A stretch of DNA of 62,175 nucleotides, the filler included. It is 5 parts of 5 records of this genome, joined end to end, with 100 filler letters (N's around TTAATTAATTAA, not from the genome) between each part and the next. Parts side by side here need not be neighbours in the genome. Positions count along the whole stretch, not along the records: positions 42,360 to 49,333 come from SRR31156797_3150; positions 49,434 to 56,160 come from SRR31156797_3171; 3 more parts are not named here. The stretch is one strand, 5' to 3'. The notes under the pieces were generated by a model. It was not told the DNA's origin. It ran no database searches and worked only from the letters and a program-made list of their open reading frames with translations. A program made the translations under genes and the position numbers. Below are positions 42,389-51,625 of the stretch, in pieces. Position 1 is the stretch's first letter, and each line of letters starts with the position of its first letter.

Positions 42389-42530
42389 GACTTAAGCGAA
42401 CGAAGAGACTTTAGAGACGGGGAGATTTGAGGGAAGGAACGACCTGAGCAAAGTAGGCGATTGAGGCGAACTTAGAGACTTAAGAGACTTTAGTGAATTG
42501 TGCGACTTGAGCAAACTTTGCGACATTCGT
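42389..42530. repeat. Degenerate 9-bp tandem repeats
   Basis: GACTTAAGC GAACGAAGA GACTTTAGA ... GAACTTAGA GACTTAAGA GACTTTAGT GAATTGTGC GACTTGAGC AAACTTTGC. Confidence 0.7.
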
Positions 42531-42568
42531 AAAAAATTAACTTTTTTGAACATTCCCCGGCGAATTGC

Positions 42569-42608
42569 AACACTCCATTCTTCCATTACTCCAATTTTCC
42601 AACACTCC
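42569..42608. repeat. Five 8-bp tandem repeats
   Basis: AACACTCC ATTCTTCC ATTACTCC AATTTTCC AACACTCC. Confidence 0.8.
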
Positions 42609-42634
42609 AATTTCACCTAAATTCAGGATAACGC

Positions 42635-42654
42635 AGACGCGATAAATCGCGTCT
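42635..42654. repeat. REP-like palindrome
   Basis: AGACGCGAT-AA-ATCGCGTCT. Confidence 0.65.
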
Positions 42655-42688
42655 CTCCAACTCAAAACTCACCTCTCACAACTTTCTT

Positions 42689-43972
42689 CTAAACCCGCTT
42701 GCCCATCAAAAATGTATCTTTCACCACGCGATCGTCACCCAAAATCATCAGGGCAAACAAGATATCCTCAATGGAATCATTTTCAGAAATCCGGTATTCG
42801 AAAAGATCATTTAATTTTGGATCAATTACCACAAAATCGGCTTCCTTGCCGAAATCAAAATTTCCGGAAATATCATCAATACCCAACGCTTTTGCTGCAC
42901 CTAACGTGATGGAATAAAAACCGTCCAGGGCCGTAATCGGGTTACCCTGCAATGCCGATATTTTATAAGCATCCTGCAACGTTTGAAACATCGAAAAACT
43001 GGTGCCTGCGCCCACATCAGAACCCATGGTAATATTTATTCCATGGTCCTTTACTTTAGCGAAATCAAAAAGTCCGCTTCCCAAAAACAGGTTGGAGGTC
43101 GGGCAGTGTACGATGTTCGTTCCGGATTCAGCAATACGAACTAACTCATCATCTTTAAGATGAACACCATGACCGAGGAAAGTTCTGGGTGTCAGCATAC
43201 CGGAATCATCATAAATATCGAGGTAATTCCGGTGGCTTGGGTATGAATGGTTCACCGCCTCGATTTCCTTTTTGTTTTCCGAAATATGGGTTTGCAGATA
43301 AAGGTTTTCGTATTCATGAAATAGATTCGCTGCCATCTTTAATGCTTCCGGTGATGAGGTGATGGCATAACGGGGCGTTACCGCAAACAGGTTTCTTCCT
43401 TTTTTGTGATATTTAGCGATGAGATTTTTCGATAGCTCATAGGATTCTTCCGGGGTTTTTAACAGGTTTTTCGGCGCATTCCTGTCCATCCAGGTATTTC
43501 CCGATATGATCCGGATGTTCATTTCGGCAGCAAGATCAAACAGCGCTTCAACCGAATGTTCATGAGAAGATGGGTAGATCATGGCCGTGGTCGTTCCATT
43601 TTTTAACAATTGTTTGAGAAAAAACCTGGTGTTTTCCCTGGCAAAAGCTGGATTATTGAATCGTTTTTCGACAGGAAAAATATAATTATCGAGCCAATCA
43701 AGTAATGCTTTGCCATAAGAAGCGATGGCCTGCGTTTGCACCGAATGCACATGCAGATCAAAAAATCCGGGCATGATCAGTGATCCGCTGTGATTTTCAA
43801 TATCGATAAACTGGTTTTGCAGTTTGATTATCGTCTGGTATTCTCCGGCATGCTTTACATGGCCATCCTCAACGATGAGCAAGCCATCTTCAAAATACCG
43901 AAACCGGATTTCCTTATCGTCTGCATGGCCTGCTTCAAAATCAAATAGTCTTCCCCTGTAACCTCTTCTCAT
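42689..43972 (-). CDS. guaD: Guanine deaminase
   Basis: PGFFDLHVH, LLDWLDNYIFPVE, TPRYA, QTHISEN, HCPTSNLFLGSG, GSDVGAG. Confidence 0.93.
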   Translation of the reverse strand: MRRGYRGRLFDFEAGHADDKEIRFRYFEDGLLIVEDGHVKHAGEYQTIIKLQNQFIDIENHSGSLIMPGFFDLHVHSVQTQAIASYGKALLDWLDNYIFPVEKRFNNPAFARENTRFFLKQLLKNGTTTAMIYPSSHEHSVEALFDLAAEMNIRIISGNTWMDRNAPKNLLKTPEESYELSKNLIAKYHKKGRNLFAVTPRYAITSSPEALKMAANLFHEYENLYLQTHISENKKEIEAVNHSYPSHRNYLDIYDDSGMLTPRTFLGHGVHLKDDELVRIAESGTNIVHCPTSNLFLGSGLFDFAKVKDHGINITMGSDVGAGTSFSMFQTLQDAYKISALQGNPITALDGFYSITLGAAKALGIDDISGNFDFGKEADFVVIDPKLNDLFEYRISENDSIEDILFALMILGDDRVVKDTFLMGKRV

Positions 43973-43993
43973 ATTTCTTCAATTATGTCATTT

Positions 43994-44022
43994 CAAAATT
44001 ATATAAAAATATGCTACATTTG
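43994..44022. promoter_or_regulatory. Back-to-back Bacteroidota -7 promoter elements
   Basis: TAATTTTG on minus (43994-44001) toward guaD and TACATTTG on plus (44015-44022) toward the T9SS protein. Confidence 0.6.
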
Positions 44023-44049
44023 AAGGGCAGGAATTAAACACAAAAACCC

Positions 44050-46980
44050 ATGAAACATTTCTATTCAAAATCAAAAACCTGTCTCCGTAAATCACTTTTT
44101 ATCACACTTCTTTTATTGCCTGGCATTTCCTTTACCCAGGGGTGGAATGTTGGACCCGGAGGCAATGATCTGCGTAACGGATTATCACCACAAGTCGGTC
44201 CAACAGAACCGGAAATTTTATGGGAGGGTGGCCTCACATCAGTGCTTGCCCAGCAAGCGGTATGCGATGGCAACTTCCTGGCCATGGCCCGCACCTTCAA
44301 CATTGGCAATCCTTTATATGGAACCAAAATCGTTGTCCATGATCTACAAACCGGAGACACGCTTTGGACAGCCGGATTGCCGGTTGATTTTCCGGACACC
44401 GACTGGCGCAACCGGGTTTCGGCTATTAAGGATGAGCTGGTATATTGCACACGCGCAGGCAACAACAACGAATCTTACCTCTATGCCCTGGATGCTGAAA
44501 CGGGCGAAACCGTTTGGAAATCTGATGATGTTATCGATGAGGGATCTACAGAAGGGTTGGTGTTTGCGCCAAATGGCGACCCCATTGTGGGTAGCATGTG
44601 GTATATGACCCGGTTCAATAAAGAAAATGGTACCACAGTCTGGCAAACCGATCGGCTTTCATACGATGATGGGGGTGGCGTAATCGTGGCCAACAATAAA
44701 GTATACAGCATCAAAAACCTGACAAACTATGTGGGCGTTGCTGCTTATGATTTGGATACGGGAGAAGAACTTTATACATCGGCACAGCTTTCAGGGGGCC
44801 TGGTGAATCAGTTGGGTTTTTTTGCCGGATTAGATGGAACCATCTACCTGCCGAGATGTCAGAATAACCCCACAACAGATTCAATTTTCGCGCTTTACGA
44901 CGATGGCACATTTATCAGAAGAAAATGGGCTGTCCCTATCGCCTACACGCCATTTGCAACCCACGGCGTTGGACCCGACGGCAGTATCTATGCCTACAAT
45001 CGTAATGGTGAAATCATGCGCCTGAACCCGGAAAACGGAGAAGTTTTAAATACTTCAAAAGTTGTGCTTTTTGGTGATGCCAATTCGCCGCGTATAGCCA
45101 TTGACGCTGCCGGAAACATCTTCCTGACCAATGGTGGTTTTTCTGATGGCATGTTTTATTCTTTCAATCCTGACCTCACCCTACGCTGGGAAGAACAATT
45201 CGTCAACATCAATGTGGGTGGCCCGGCCATTGGCCAAAATGGCACGCTGGTGGTAACCGGAAAAGGAACCCAGGTGAAGGCATATGTTGGAACCGGATTG
45301 CCTGAAACTGATTTTACCCAAATTACGGAAGGTGATTTGGTGAACGATGGTGGATGGAACTATGGCATGGTTTGGGCCGATTTTAACAACGACGAAATGG
45401 CCGACCTTTTTGTGGCTAACAACGATGGCGATAACGGTAAGCTGAATTTCCTTTACCTGAACAATGGTGATGGAGCCTTTGAAAAAATAACCGACGGTCC
45501 CGTAGTTACGGATGGCGGTAGCTCTTATGCAGCCACTGCAGCCGATTTTAACCAGGATCACAACATGGACCTGTTTGTGGCCAACCACAACGAGAACAAT
45601 TTCCTCTATCTTGGCAATGGGGATGGCACTTTCGAAAAAGTAACCCAGGGCATTGTGGTTAACGATGGCGGGAAATCTGTGGGTTGCGCTGCAACAGACT
45701 TCGACATGGACGGATATCCGGATTTGTTCGTGGCCAATCGCGACCAAAAAAACTTTTTATATCGCGGAAGTGGAAGCTCATTAAATTTTACAAAAGTTAC
45801 TGAAGGAAGCATCGTGAACGACATCGACAACTCCAGTGGCTGTGCCTGGGGAGATTTTGATAACGATGGTTACCCCGATTTGTATGTGGCAAACTCAGGA
45901 TCGGCCGGTTGTTTATATCACAGCTATTTTGGATATGAATTTACGAAAGTGGAGGAAGCGCCCTTCACCACGGATGTTTCGAGTTGCTCGGGAGCAAGCT
46001 GGGGCGATGTGGACAACGATGGTGACCTGGATTTGTTTGTTTCCACAGGCCAGCTGGGCATGTACCAGAACTGGTTCTATCTCAACAATGGCAATGGGAC
46101 TTTTACCAAGGTTACCAACAGCCCGCTGGTGAATGAAGCCACATGGTCGTCGGGGAGTGCGTGGGGCGACTATGATAAAGACGGCGACCTGGACCTTGCC
46201 GTTGGCGGATATGATGGCGATAATCTGCTCTTTAAAAACAATGGCCAGGGCAACTTTGAAAAAGTGGAAAACAACGAATTTGTAAACGATGGCGGCTACA
46301 CTGAAGGCCTGGCCTGGGCCGACGTAGATGATGACGGCGACCTGGATATCTTCACGGCTAAAAATAATTATTTCGGTGGCAATAATTCCTTTTTCCTGAA
46401 CAACGGAAATGCTAACAACTGGTTGAAAGTGTTCGTCAGGTATTGCGGAGAATGCATTTGGGGCTATGGTGCACTGGGTGCAAAGGTGTATGTGTATGCC
46501 AACATCAACGGCGAACCTGTGATGCAGATGCGCGAACTGAATGCACAGTCGGGTGGTGGCCAGGGCGGGCAAAACGAACATATCCAGTTTTTCGGGCTGG
46601 CCGATGCAGCAATTGTGGATTCGGTGGTTGTCAACTGGATGTCGTCAACTTTCGTGGAAGAAAATGTAGCAGTGAACCAAACCCTCACCCTGGATTTATT
46701 TACATCAATTGAAGAAATTGATCATGCTGAAGATGTTACCGCTTTTCCCAATCCGGCAAGTGATCAGATCACTTTCAGGATTGCCAACCCAAACCACGAA
46801 GAAGCCATCCTGACAATTTATAATTTGCAGGGGCAACAGGTTTCTGCTTTTTCCACATTCGAAAATGAACCAACCATTAACCTAACCAACATTTCCGGAA
46901 CAAAACTTCCGCCGGGGGTTTATACCTGCCGTGTTATTATGGGAAATGAACAGGATGTGGTGAAATTTGTGGTGGAGTGA
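44050..46980 (+). CDS. T9SS-secreted protein: PQQ-like propeller, FG-GAP/VCBS repeats, ASPIC/UnbV-like domain and CTD
   Basis: Signal peptide, LYALDAETGETVW repeats, seven DxxxDxxxD(L/I) repeats, C-terminal FPNP...IYNLQGQ...PGVY...KFVVE. Confidence 0.88.
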   Translation: MKHFYSKSKTCLRKSLFITLLLLPGISFTQGWNVGPGGNDLRNGLSPQVGPTEPEILWEGGLTSVLAQQAVCDGNFLAMARTFNIGNPLYGTKIVVHDLQTGDTLWTAGLPVDFPDTDWRNRVSAIKDELVYCTRAGNNNESYLYALDAETGETVWKSDDVIDEGSTEGLVFAPNGDPIVGSMWYMTRFNKENGTTVWQTDRLSYDDGGGVIVANNKVYSIKNLTNYVGVAAYDLDTGEELYTSAQLSGGLVNQLGFFAGLDGTIYLPRCQNNPTTDSIFALYDDGTFIRRKWAVPIAYTPFATHGVGPDGSIYAYNRNGEIMRLNPENGEVLNTSKVVLFGDANSPRIAIDAAGNIFLTNGGFSDGMFYSFNPDLTLRWEEQFVNINVGGPAIGQNGTLVVTGKGTQVKAYVGTGLPETDFTQITEGDLVNDGGWNYGMVWADFNNDEMADLFVANNDGDNGKLNFLYLNNGDGAFEKITDGPVVTDGGSSYAATAADFNQDHNMDLFVANHNENNFLYLGNGDGTFEKVTQGIVVNDGGKSVGCAATDFDMDGYPDLFVANRDQKNFLYRGSGSSLNFTKVTEGSIVNDIDNSSGCAWGDFDNDGYPDLYVANSGSAGCLYHSYFGYEFTKVEEAPFTTDVSSCSGASWGDVDNDGDLDLFVSTGQLGMYQNWFYLNNGNGTFTKVTNSPLVNEATWSSGSAWGDYDKDGDLDLAVGGYDGDNLLFKNNGQGNFEKVENNEFVNDGGYTEGLAWADVDDDGDLDIFTAKNNYFGGNNSFFLNNGNANNWLKVFVRYCGECIWGYGALGAKVYVYANINGEPVMQMRELNAQSGGGQGGQNEHIQFFGLADAAIVDSVVVNWMSSTFVEENVAVNQTLTLDLFTSIEEIDHAEDVTAFPNPASDQITFRIANPNHEEAILTIYNLQGQQVSAFSTFENEPTINLTNISGTKLPPGVYTCRVIMGNEQDVVKFVVE

Positions 46981-47015
46981 TTTGGGATTTAAGATGTCCT
47001 GACTTCTTGTAAAAG

Positions 47016-47741
47016 TTATGTCGCGATGGGCTGAATGATTTCATCCTGAGCCTTAATAAAATCCTCCGTGTTTTGAATTTGCAGCTTACTGAAGCCTTTC
47101 GTCCAGGCACGTTTTTTAAATCCCCACGGATTCGTGGCAAAACCAACAACAACTGCCTGGAAGTCATTCACAATCCTGTCTATCAAATCTTCAGAGCTGT
47201 GCTCAGCATCTATGATAACAATGGCCTTAAATTGCCAGGGTAAAATGATAAATGCCCCCATCCTTGTAGTACTATCCCGTTTGGGTTCATTCAACTTAAG
47301 CCATTCACTCTTCACAAAGTTCCCCAGTAAATTTAAATGAATTCTATCCCTCACCACTTTACCTAAATACGGAATGCGATCAAAAGTTACTGCCTGTAAT
47401 AAATAGACTTTCTGTTTATCGAAATCCCAGTTTTGCAGTCGATTATTTGAAAAGCTATAGCTTCCAGGGTCAACATTTTGAAGGAGTGTTGGTTGCTTGA
47501 TGGCCTGATAAGACAAAATAAATCCATAAATTAACATACCCGCTGACAATAATACCATCAATCCGTTAGGGAATACCCCAATCAAAGAGACTATATATTT
47601 TGTTGTGCCTGCTGGTTCGTCTATCAGCACACCAATTAAGTAAATAAAGCCTGAACCAAAAAAAATTGCTGTAATTAAGCCGGAGAAAAATAAAAATCCC
47701 CATGTATTTATCGGGGCAACTAAAACCGGATTTATTTTCAT
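47016..47741 (-). CDS. Hypothetical membrane protein (two N-terminal TM helices)
   Basis: 241-aa ORF filling the gap; no family recognised. Confidence 0.65.
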   Translation of the reverse strand: MKINPVLVAPINTWGFLFFSGLITAIFFGSGFIYLIGVLIDEPAGTTKYIVSLIGVFPNGLMVLLSAGMLIYGFILSYQAIKQPTLLQNVDPGSYSFSNNRLQNWDFDKQKVYLLQAVTFDRIPYLGKVVRDRIHLNLLGNFVKSEWLKLNEPKRDSTTRMGAFIILPWQFKAIVIIDAEHSSEDLIDRIVNDFQAVVVGFATNPWGFKKRAWTKGFSKLQIQNTEDFIKAQDEIIQPIAT

Positions 47742-47868
47742 TTGGTTTGTTTTTTATGTTTTACGACAAAAATAATAATCTGTCCTGTAATGTTTGGTGG
47801 TTTCGTAAGAGGCCAAATATTTTTTTGATGTGCTGAAGATTTTCTAATGATATCTGATGTTGTCATTT

Positions 47869-47954
47869 CTTTGTGTAGCTCTGTGATTCTTTGTGTAACT
47901 TTGTGATATAGCTATTACACAAAGAACCACAGAGAAGCGCAAAGACCCACAAAG
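47869..47954. repeat. Inverted pair of 10-bp tandem arrays
   Basis: CTTTGTGTAG CTCTGTGATT CTTTGTGTAA CTTTGTGATA, then four reverse-complement units (CACAAAG, CACAGAG, CGCAAAG, CACAAAG) 10 bp apart. Confidence 0.75.
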
Positions 47955-48085
47955 TAAAAACGGGGCTTACTGTTGAATTTCCAAACTACAATACTTAAAA
48001 ATGGAATGAAAAGAATAATTAATTGAAGCCAGCACATCAAAAAAATATTTAGCCTTGTGAGGGGGTTGCAAACTATTTTGAACTT

Positions 48086-49159
48086 TTATTTCATCGAAAT
48101 AATATCTCCTTTTTCCGAAAGCAAAATGGCCGCAAAACGTGTTGAAGGTATCTGGCTGAACAAAATCACGATGACGGAAGTAAGCGGTACGGCCAGAAAC
48201 ATCCCAACGATGCCCCAGATCATGCCCCAGAATGCCAGAGCAACGATTACAGCCACAGCACCCAGGTTACTGGTGCGCCCCATCACCTTGGGTTCCACAA
48301 AATTACCGATCACAATCTGAACCACTTCAAGAACTGCAAAAACATAAATAAATGTGATGAGGTTGCCCGAAATGATTACCCCAAAAATGGCTGGGATTAA
48401 AGATGATATAACCGGGCCGATATAAGGTACATAATTGAGGATAAACACCAAAAACGACCATAAAAACGCGTAATCAATATCAAGCAAAACCAATGCAAAA
48501 TAGCTAACCACTCCGGTAACAATGCTGATGAGTGTTTTTGAAACCAGGTAAGCGCGAACAGCCTGGTTTACATTGCGGGAGGTTGTCTGGAACCGCTCAA
48601 AGCTTTTCCCTTTCTCAGGAAATAGTTTTTCAATCCTCAGTTTGCCTGCGGTTTCTTCCAGGGCAAAGAAAATCACATAAACCAATATCACAGCCAGGTC
48701 AGAAAAAATGCCAGAAATGGAGTTCAGTGCCGAACCGGCTAATTTCCCAAAGTTGAATCCTTCAACCCATTTTTGGGCATACTCCACCAGCGTTGGGTTG
48801 TTGATCAAGGCCTCCAGTTCGTCAAAGGTGTAATCGAAACGGGAAAGATATTCTGGCATCGATTCTACAATCATCTCTATATTTTGAATCAGGATTTCCA
48901 CAATAGCATAAATCACCCCGCCAATCAGTAAAAAGGCCAGTAATGAGCTTAGCCAGGAAGGTAAACTGCGTTTTGCAATCCTAATTTTCCCAATCGAGTC
49001 CTTGATTTGTTTGATGAGAAACCAGATCAAAAACCCGATAACCAGTGGTTTTACCAGTCCTTCAAAAAATATCAATCCGTAAACCAGCAGGGCAAATGAA
49101 GCCAGCGCAAAAAATACATTGGAGACGCTCAGGTTGGGTATCAGTGATTTGTTTTCCAT
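48086..49159 (-). CDS. AI-2E family transporter (TqsA/YhhT-like)
   Basis: Multi-TM, LNYVPYIG, GNFVEPKVMG, WGIVGMFLAVP. Confidence 0.92.
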   Translation of the reverse strand: MENKSLIPNLSVSNVFFALASFALLVYGLIFFEGLVKPLVIGFLIWFLIKQIKDSIGKIRIAKRSLPSWLSSLLAFLLIGGVIYAIVEILIQNIEMIVESMPEYLSRFDYTFDELEALINNPTLVEYAQKWVEGFNFGKLAGSALNSISGIFSDLAVILVYVIFFALEETAGKLRIEKLFPEKGKSFERFQTTSRNVNQAVRAYLVSKTLISIVTGVVSYFALVLLDIDYAFLWSFLVFILNYVPYIGPVISSLIPAIFGVIISGNLITFIYVFAVLEVVQIVIGNFVEPKVMGRTSNLGAVAVIVALAFWGMIWGIVGMFLAVPLTSVIVILFSQIPSTRFAAILLSEKGDIISMK

Positions 49160-49274
49160 GTTCCGTTTGATGTTATAATCTGATTTGAAAACCGGCCAGC
49201 AAAATAGTAAATTTCAGGGGATTGTAATGCTATATAAAAAAGGAGAGCGTACTGTATCTGTATTCCTATACATG

Positions 49275-49322
49275 ACAAAAGGCAGCTTATTGGCTACCTT
49301 TTGTGTCGGGATGGCGAGATTC
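49275..49322 (-). other. 3' end of a tRNA-Pro-like gene plus terminator-like hairpin
   Basis: Minus strand GAATCTCGCCATCCCGAC (49322-49305), followed by the hairpin ACAAAAGGCAGC/GCTACCTTTTGT (49275-49304). Confidence 0.55.
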
Positions 49323-49333
49323 TCCCATGGGGA

Positions 49334-49433
49334 NNNNNNNNNNNNNNNNNNNNNNNNNNNNNNNNNNNNNNNNNNNNTTAATTAATTAANNNNNNNNNNN
49401 NNNNNNNNNNNNNNNNNNNNNNNNNNNNNNNNN
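49334..49433. other. Artificial contig spacer
   Basis: N-run, TTAATTAATTAA, N-run. Confidence 0.98.
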
Positions 49434-49480
49434 AACCTGGAACCAGTCTTCTACATCAAATGTGAGTAAAATGGTTTTCA

Positions 49481-50920
49481 TTATTTGAAAATTTCATTCT
49501 CTAATGCTGTTCTTGAAGACATTTTATCCGGCCGAATAGGTTCTTCGGGGATCAAACGGACAAATAAGGTAATTTCGTTTTCCCGATAGTCATCACGTGC
49601 GGGATCGTCAGAGTTGAAGTTGGTGTGAGACGCGCTTGCACTAAACTGAAGCCATTTTAATGGGGTCCATAATAATTCGCCACTTATTTCTGCAGTGTCA
49701 TCCATGCGGTCTATGTTTTCTTCCTGAAAATCCTGCATTTTATAGTAACCGGACAGGTTTGATGACAGCTGCTGGGTAAACCGGTAGTCTAATTTGAAAC
49801 CTAGTTTATACGTAATATTGTAACCTAAGCTGGCAGCGTCTTCATCTGACTCATCATATTTACTGCTTCCAGTTATAGATAAAGATCCTTTGGGGCTGAA
49901 CTTGAATATTTTGTATGCGTCAAGATCAATGAACGGCTCTTCAGAGTCATTATTATCGTTATCCCATTGGTGGAAAAGGACGCCTATGCCAATTGATATG
50001 CCTGAATCTTCAGTAATATCCCAGTCCACACCGACAGAGGGGTGATAAATTTGATGGTCCCCATCGGTTCTGTCTGACAGGTAATGACGGTATTTAACAT
50101 ATCCGTCCAGGTGACGGTTAATTTTACGCAGATACCTTATATCACCGGCAATTCTGTCATAATCATTATCCGATCCAAGATCAAAATCTTTATTTTTATA
50201 TTCTGCATTTGCTTCTATTCCGTCCAGCCTGGTCATCCAGTACTTTATAAAGGCTTTAGGCTCATAGCTGGTATATTCATCGTCATCAGCATTGTCATAT
50301 TTGTCTGATTCGTATGTAAAATTAAAGCCGAAACGGTTATTCGGCCCAAAATTTTTGGTGATGCCGGCTTTTGTTGTGTTGGTTTGGTTTTCTTTGTAGG
50401 TTCCGGTCCTGACCTGCTGGTCAAAACTGTTGGAATAGTCGTGGGAAAATGTTGCATTGACGGTTTTAGACAGTTGACTGTCTATTGATACTCCGGCAGT
50501 GTGCTCCCATGAGTCGCCGTCATTGTTACCGTCATTGCCATCATAGGCAATATCCGCTTTTGCAGTTGTGTATTGTGTCGGTTGAAAGTTGCCGGAAAAG
50601 CTTCCATTATGATACAGACCGTCCCGGCTATCCAGGTTTTTATAATCTTTGTATTCCGGTGAGTATTCAAAATACATCTGGCTTTTTTTATTTAGAAATC
50701 CAACTGAAAAACCAAGCGCATAAGAGGTAATCCATTCTTCAAAGGTGTTATCTTCTGACTGAAAATAATTATCATTGTATTCCTGGGTAATAGTGAGGGT
50801 CGGCTTAATCTGGGTAACCATTCTGGCAAAGGCATTTGTGACCGTCAATAACAGGCAGGAAAGGATTATAATAAGGCAAACAGGTAATCGTCGTGTATGT
50901 TGTTTAATGATAGGTTGCAT
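49481..50920 (-). CDS. Outer-membrane beta-barrel of the EPS locus
   Basis: Signal peptide from ATG 50920, KPTLTITQEYNDN start, amphipathic strands, operon context. Confidence 0.75.
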   Translation of the reverse strand: MQPIIKQHTRRLPVCLIIILSCLLLTVTNAFARMVTQIKPTLTITQEYNDNYFQSEDNTFEEWITSYALGFSVGFLNKKSQMYFEYSPEYKDYKNLDSRDGLYHNGSFSGNFQPTQYTTAKADIAYDGNDGNNDGDSWEHTAGVSIDSQLSKTVNATFSHDYSNSFDQQVRTGTYKENQTNTTKAGITKNFGPNNRFGFNFTYESDKYDNADDDEYTSYEPKAFIKYWMTRLDGIEANAEYKNKDFDLGSDNDYDRIAGDIRYLRKINRHLDGYVKYRHYLSDRTDGDHQIYHPSVGVDWDITEDSGISIGIGVLFHQWDNDNNDSEEPFIDLDAYKIFKFSPKGSLSITGSSKYDESDEDAASLGYNITYKLGFKLDYRFTQQLSSNLSGYYKMQDFQEENIDRMDDTAEISGELLWTPLKWLQFSASASHTNFNSDDPARDDYRENEITLFVRLIPEEPIRPDKMSSRTALENEIFK

Positions 50921-50954
50921 ATCTCTCGCCCCCCTTTCCTTAAAAGTTTGATGT

Positions 50955-51539
50955 CTAAGGTACAATGATGATGTCATCAGCCATTAAAAGAATATCGTTT
51001 TTAAGATTACCGTCAGTAATGTCATCGTAATCTATTTTTATCATTTTTTCTTTTCCCTGATGACGCCTGAAAAGAATAATTTCATCTTTGGAGGCCCATT
51101 CGGTAAATCCTTTTGCCAGGGCAAAAGCCTGAACAACCGTAAGTTTTTTATACAACTGGTATTCGCCAACCTGCTGCACTTCGCCTATAATATAATATTT
51201 CTGGCTGCCGGCGCCGGCCAGGGTGACAGTGACCGTCGGGGCTTCAACAAAATCAGCAAGTTTTTCTTCAATGACTTTTTTCAGCGCCATGGTTGTTTTG
51301 CCTTCTGCCTGGATATCGTCTAACAGGGGAAATGTTATCTTTCCGTCGTTTCTGACAAAGACCTGATCAAAAGACAAATCTTCTTCTTTCCAGGTGTTGA
51401 TCTTCAGTACATCGCCGATACCGATCTTGTAATCTCCTGATTTGTTTTCAGGTTCTTGTGAAAACGCGGGCACTCCGGTTAGAAGAAAACAAAAGAAAAT
51501 AACCATTGATATCGTGATTTTAAGCTTGTTTTTATGCAT
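50955..51539 (-). CDS. Polysaccharide export protein (short Wza/OPX, poly_export plus SLBB)
   Basis: YKIGIGDVL, VRNDGKITFPLL, AKGFTEWA, DDIIIVP. Confidence 0.9.
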   Translation of the reverse strand: MHKNKLKITISMVIFFCFLLTGVPAFSQEPENKSGDYKIGIGDVLKINTWKEEDLSFDQVFVRNDGKITFPLLDDIQAEGKTTMALKKVIEEKLADFVEAPTVTVTLAGAGSQKYYIIGEVQQVGEYQLYKKLTVVQAFALAKGFTEWASKDEIILFRRHQGKEKMIKIDYDDITDGNLKNDILLMADDIIIVP

Positions 51540-51625
51540 AGCTCCGCTCCCTTGATTACATTGTTATTATCAAGTCATTGCTAACCAAATTTTTATCCAA
51601 GTTGTTAGTTCAGGCTGCCTGCTGT

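Noticed and set aside
42389..42686. Possible CRISPR array
   Set aside because: Units are 7-9 bp and contiguous, with no unique spacers and no cas genes in the window
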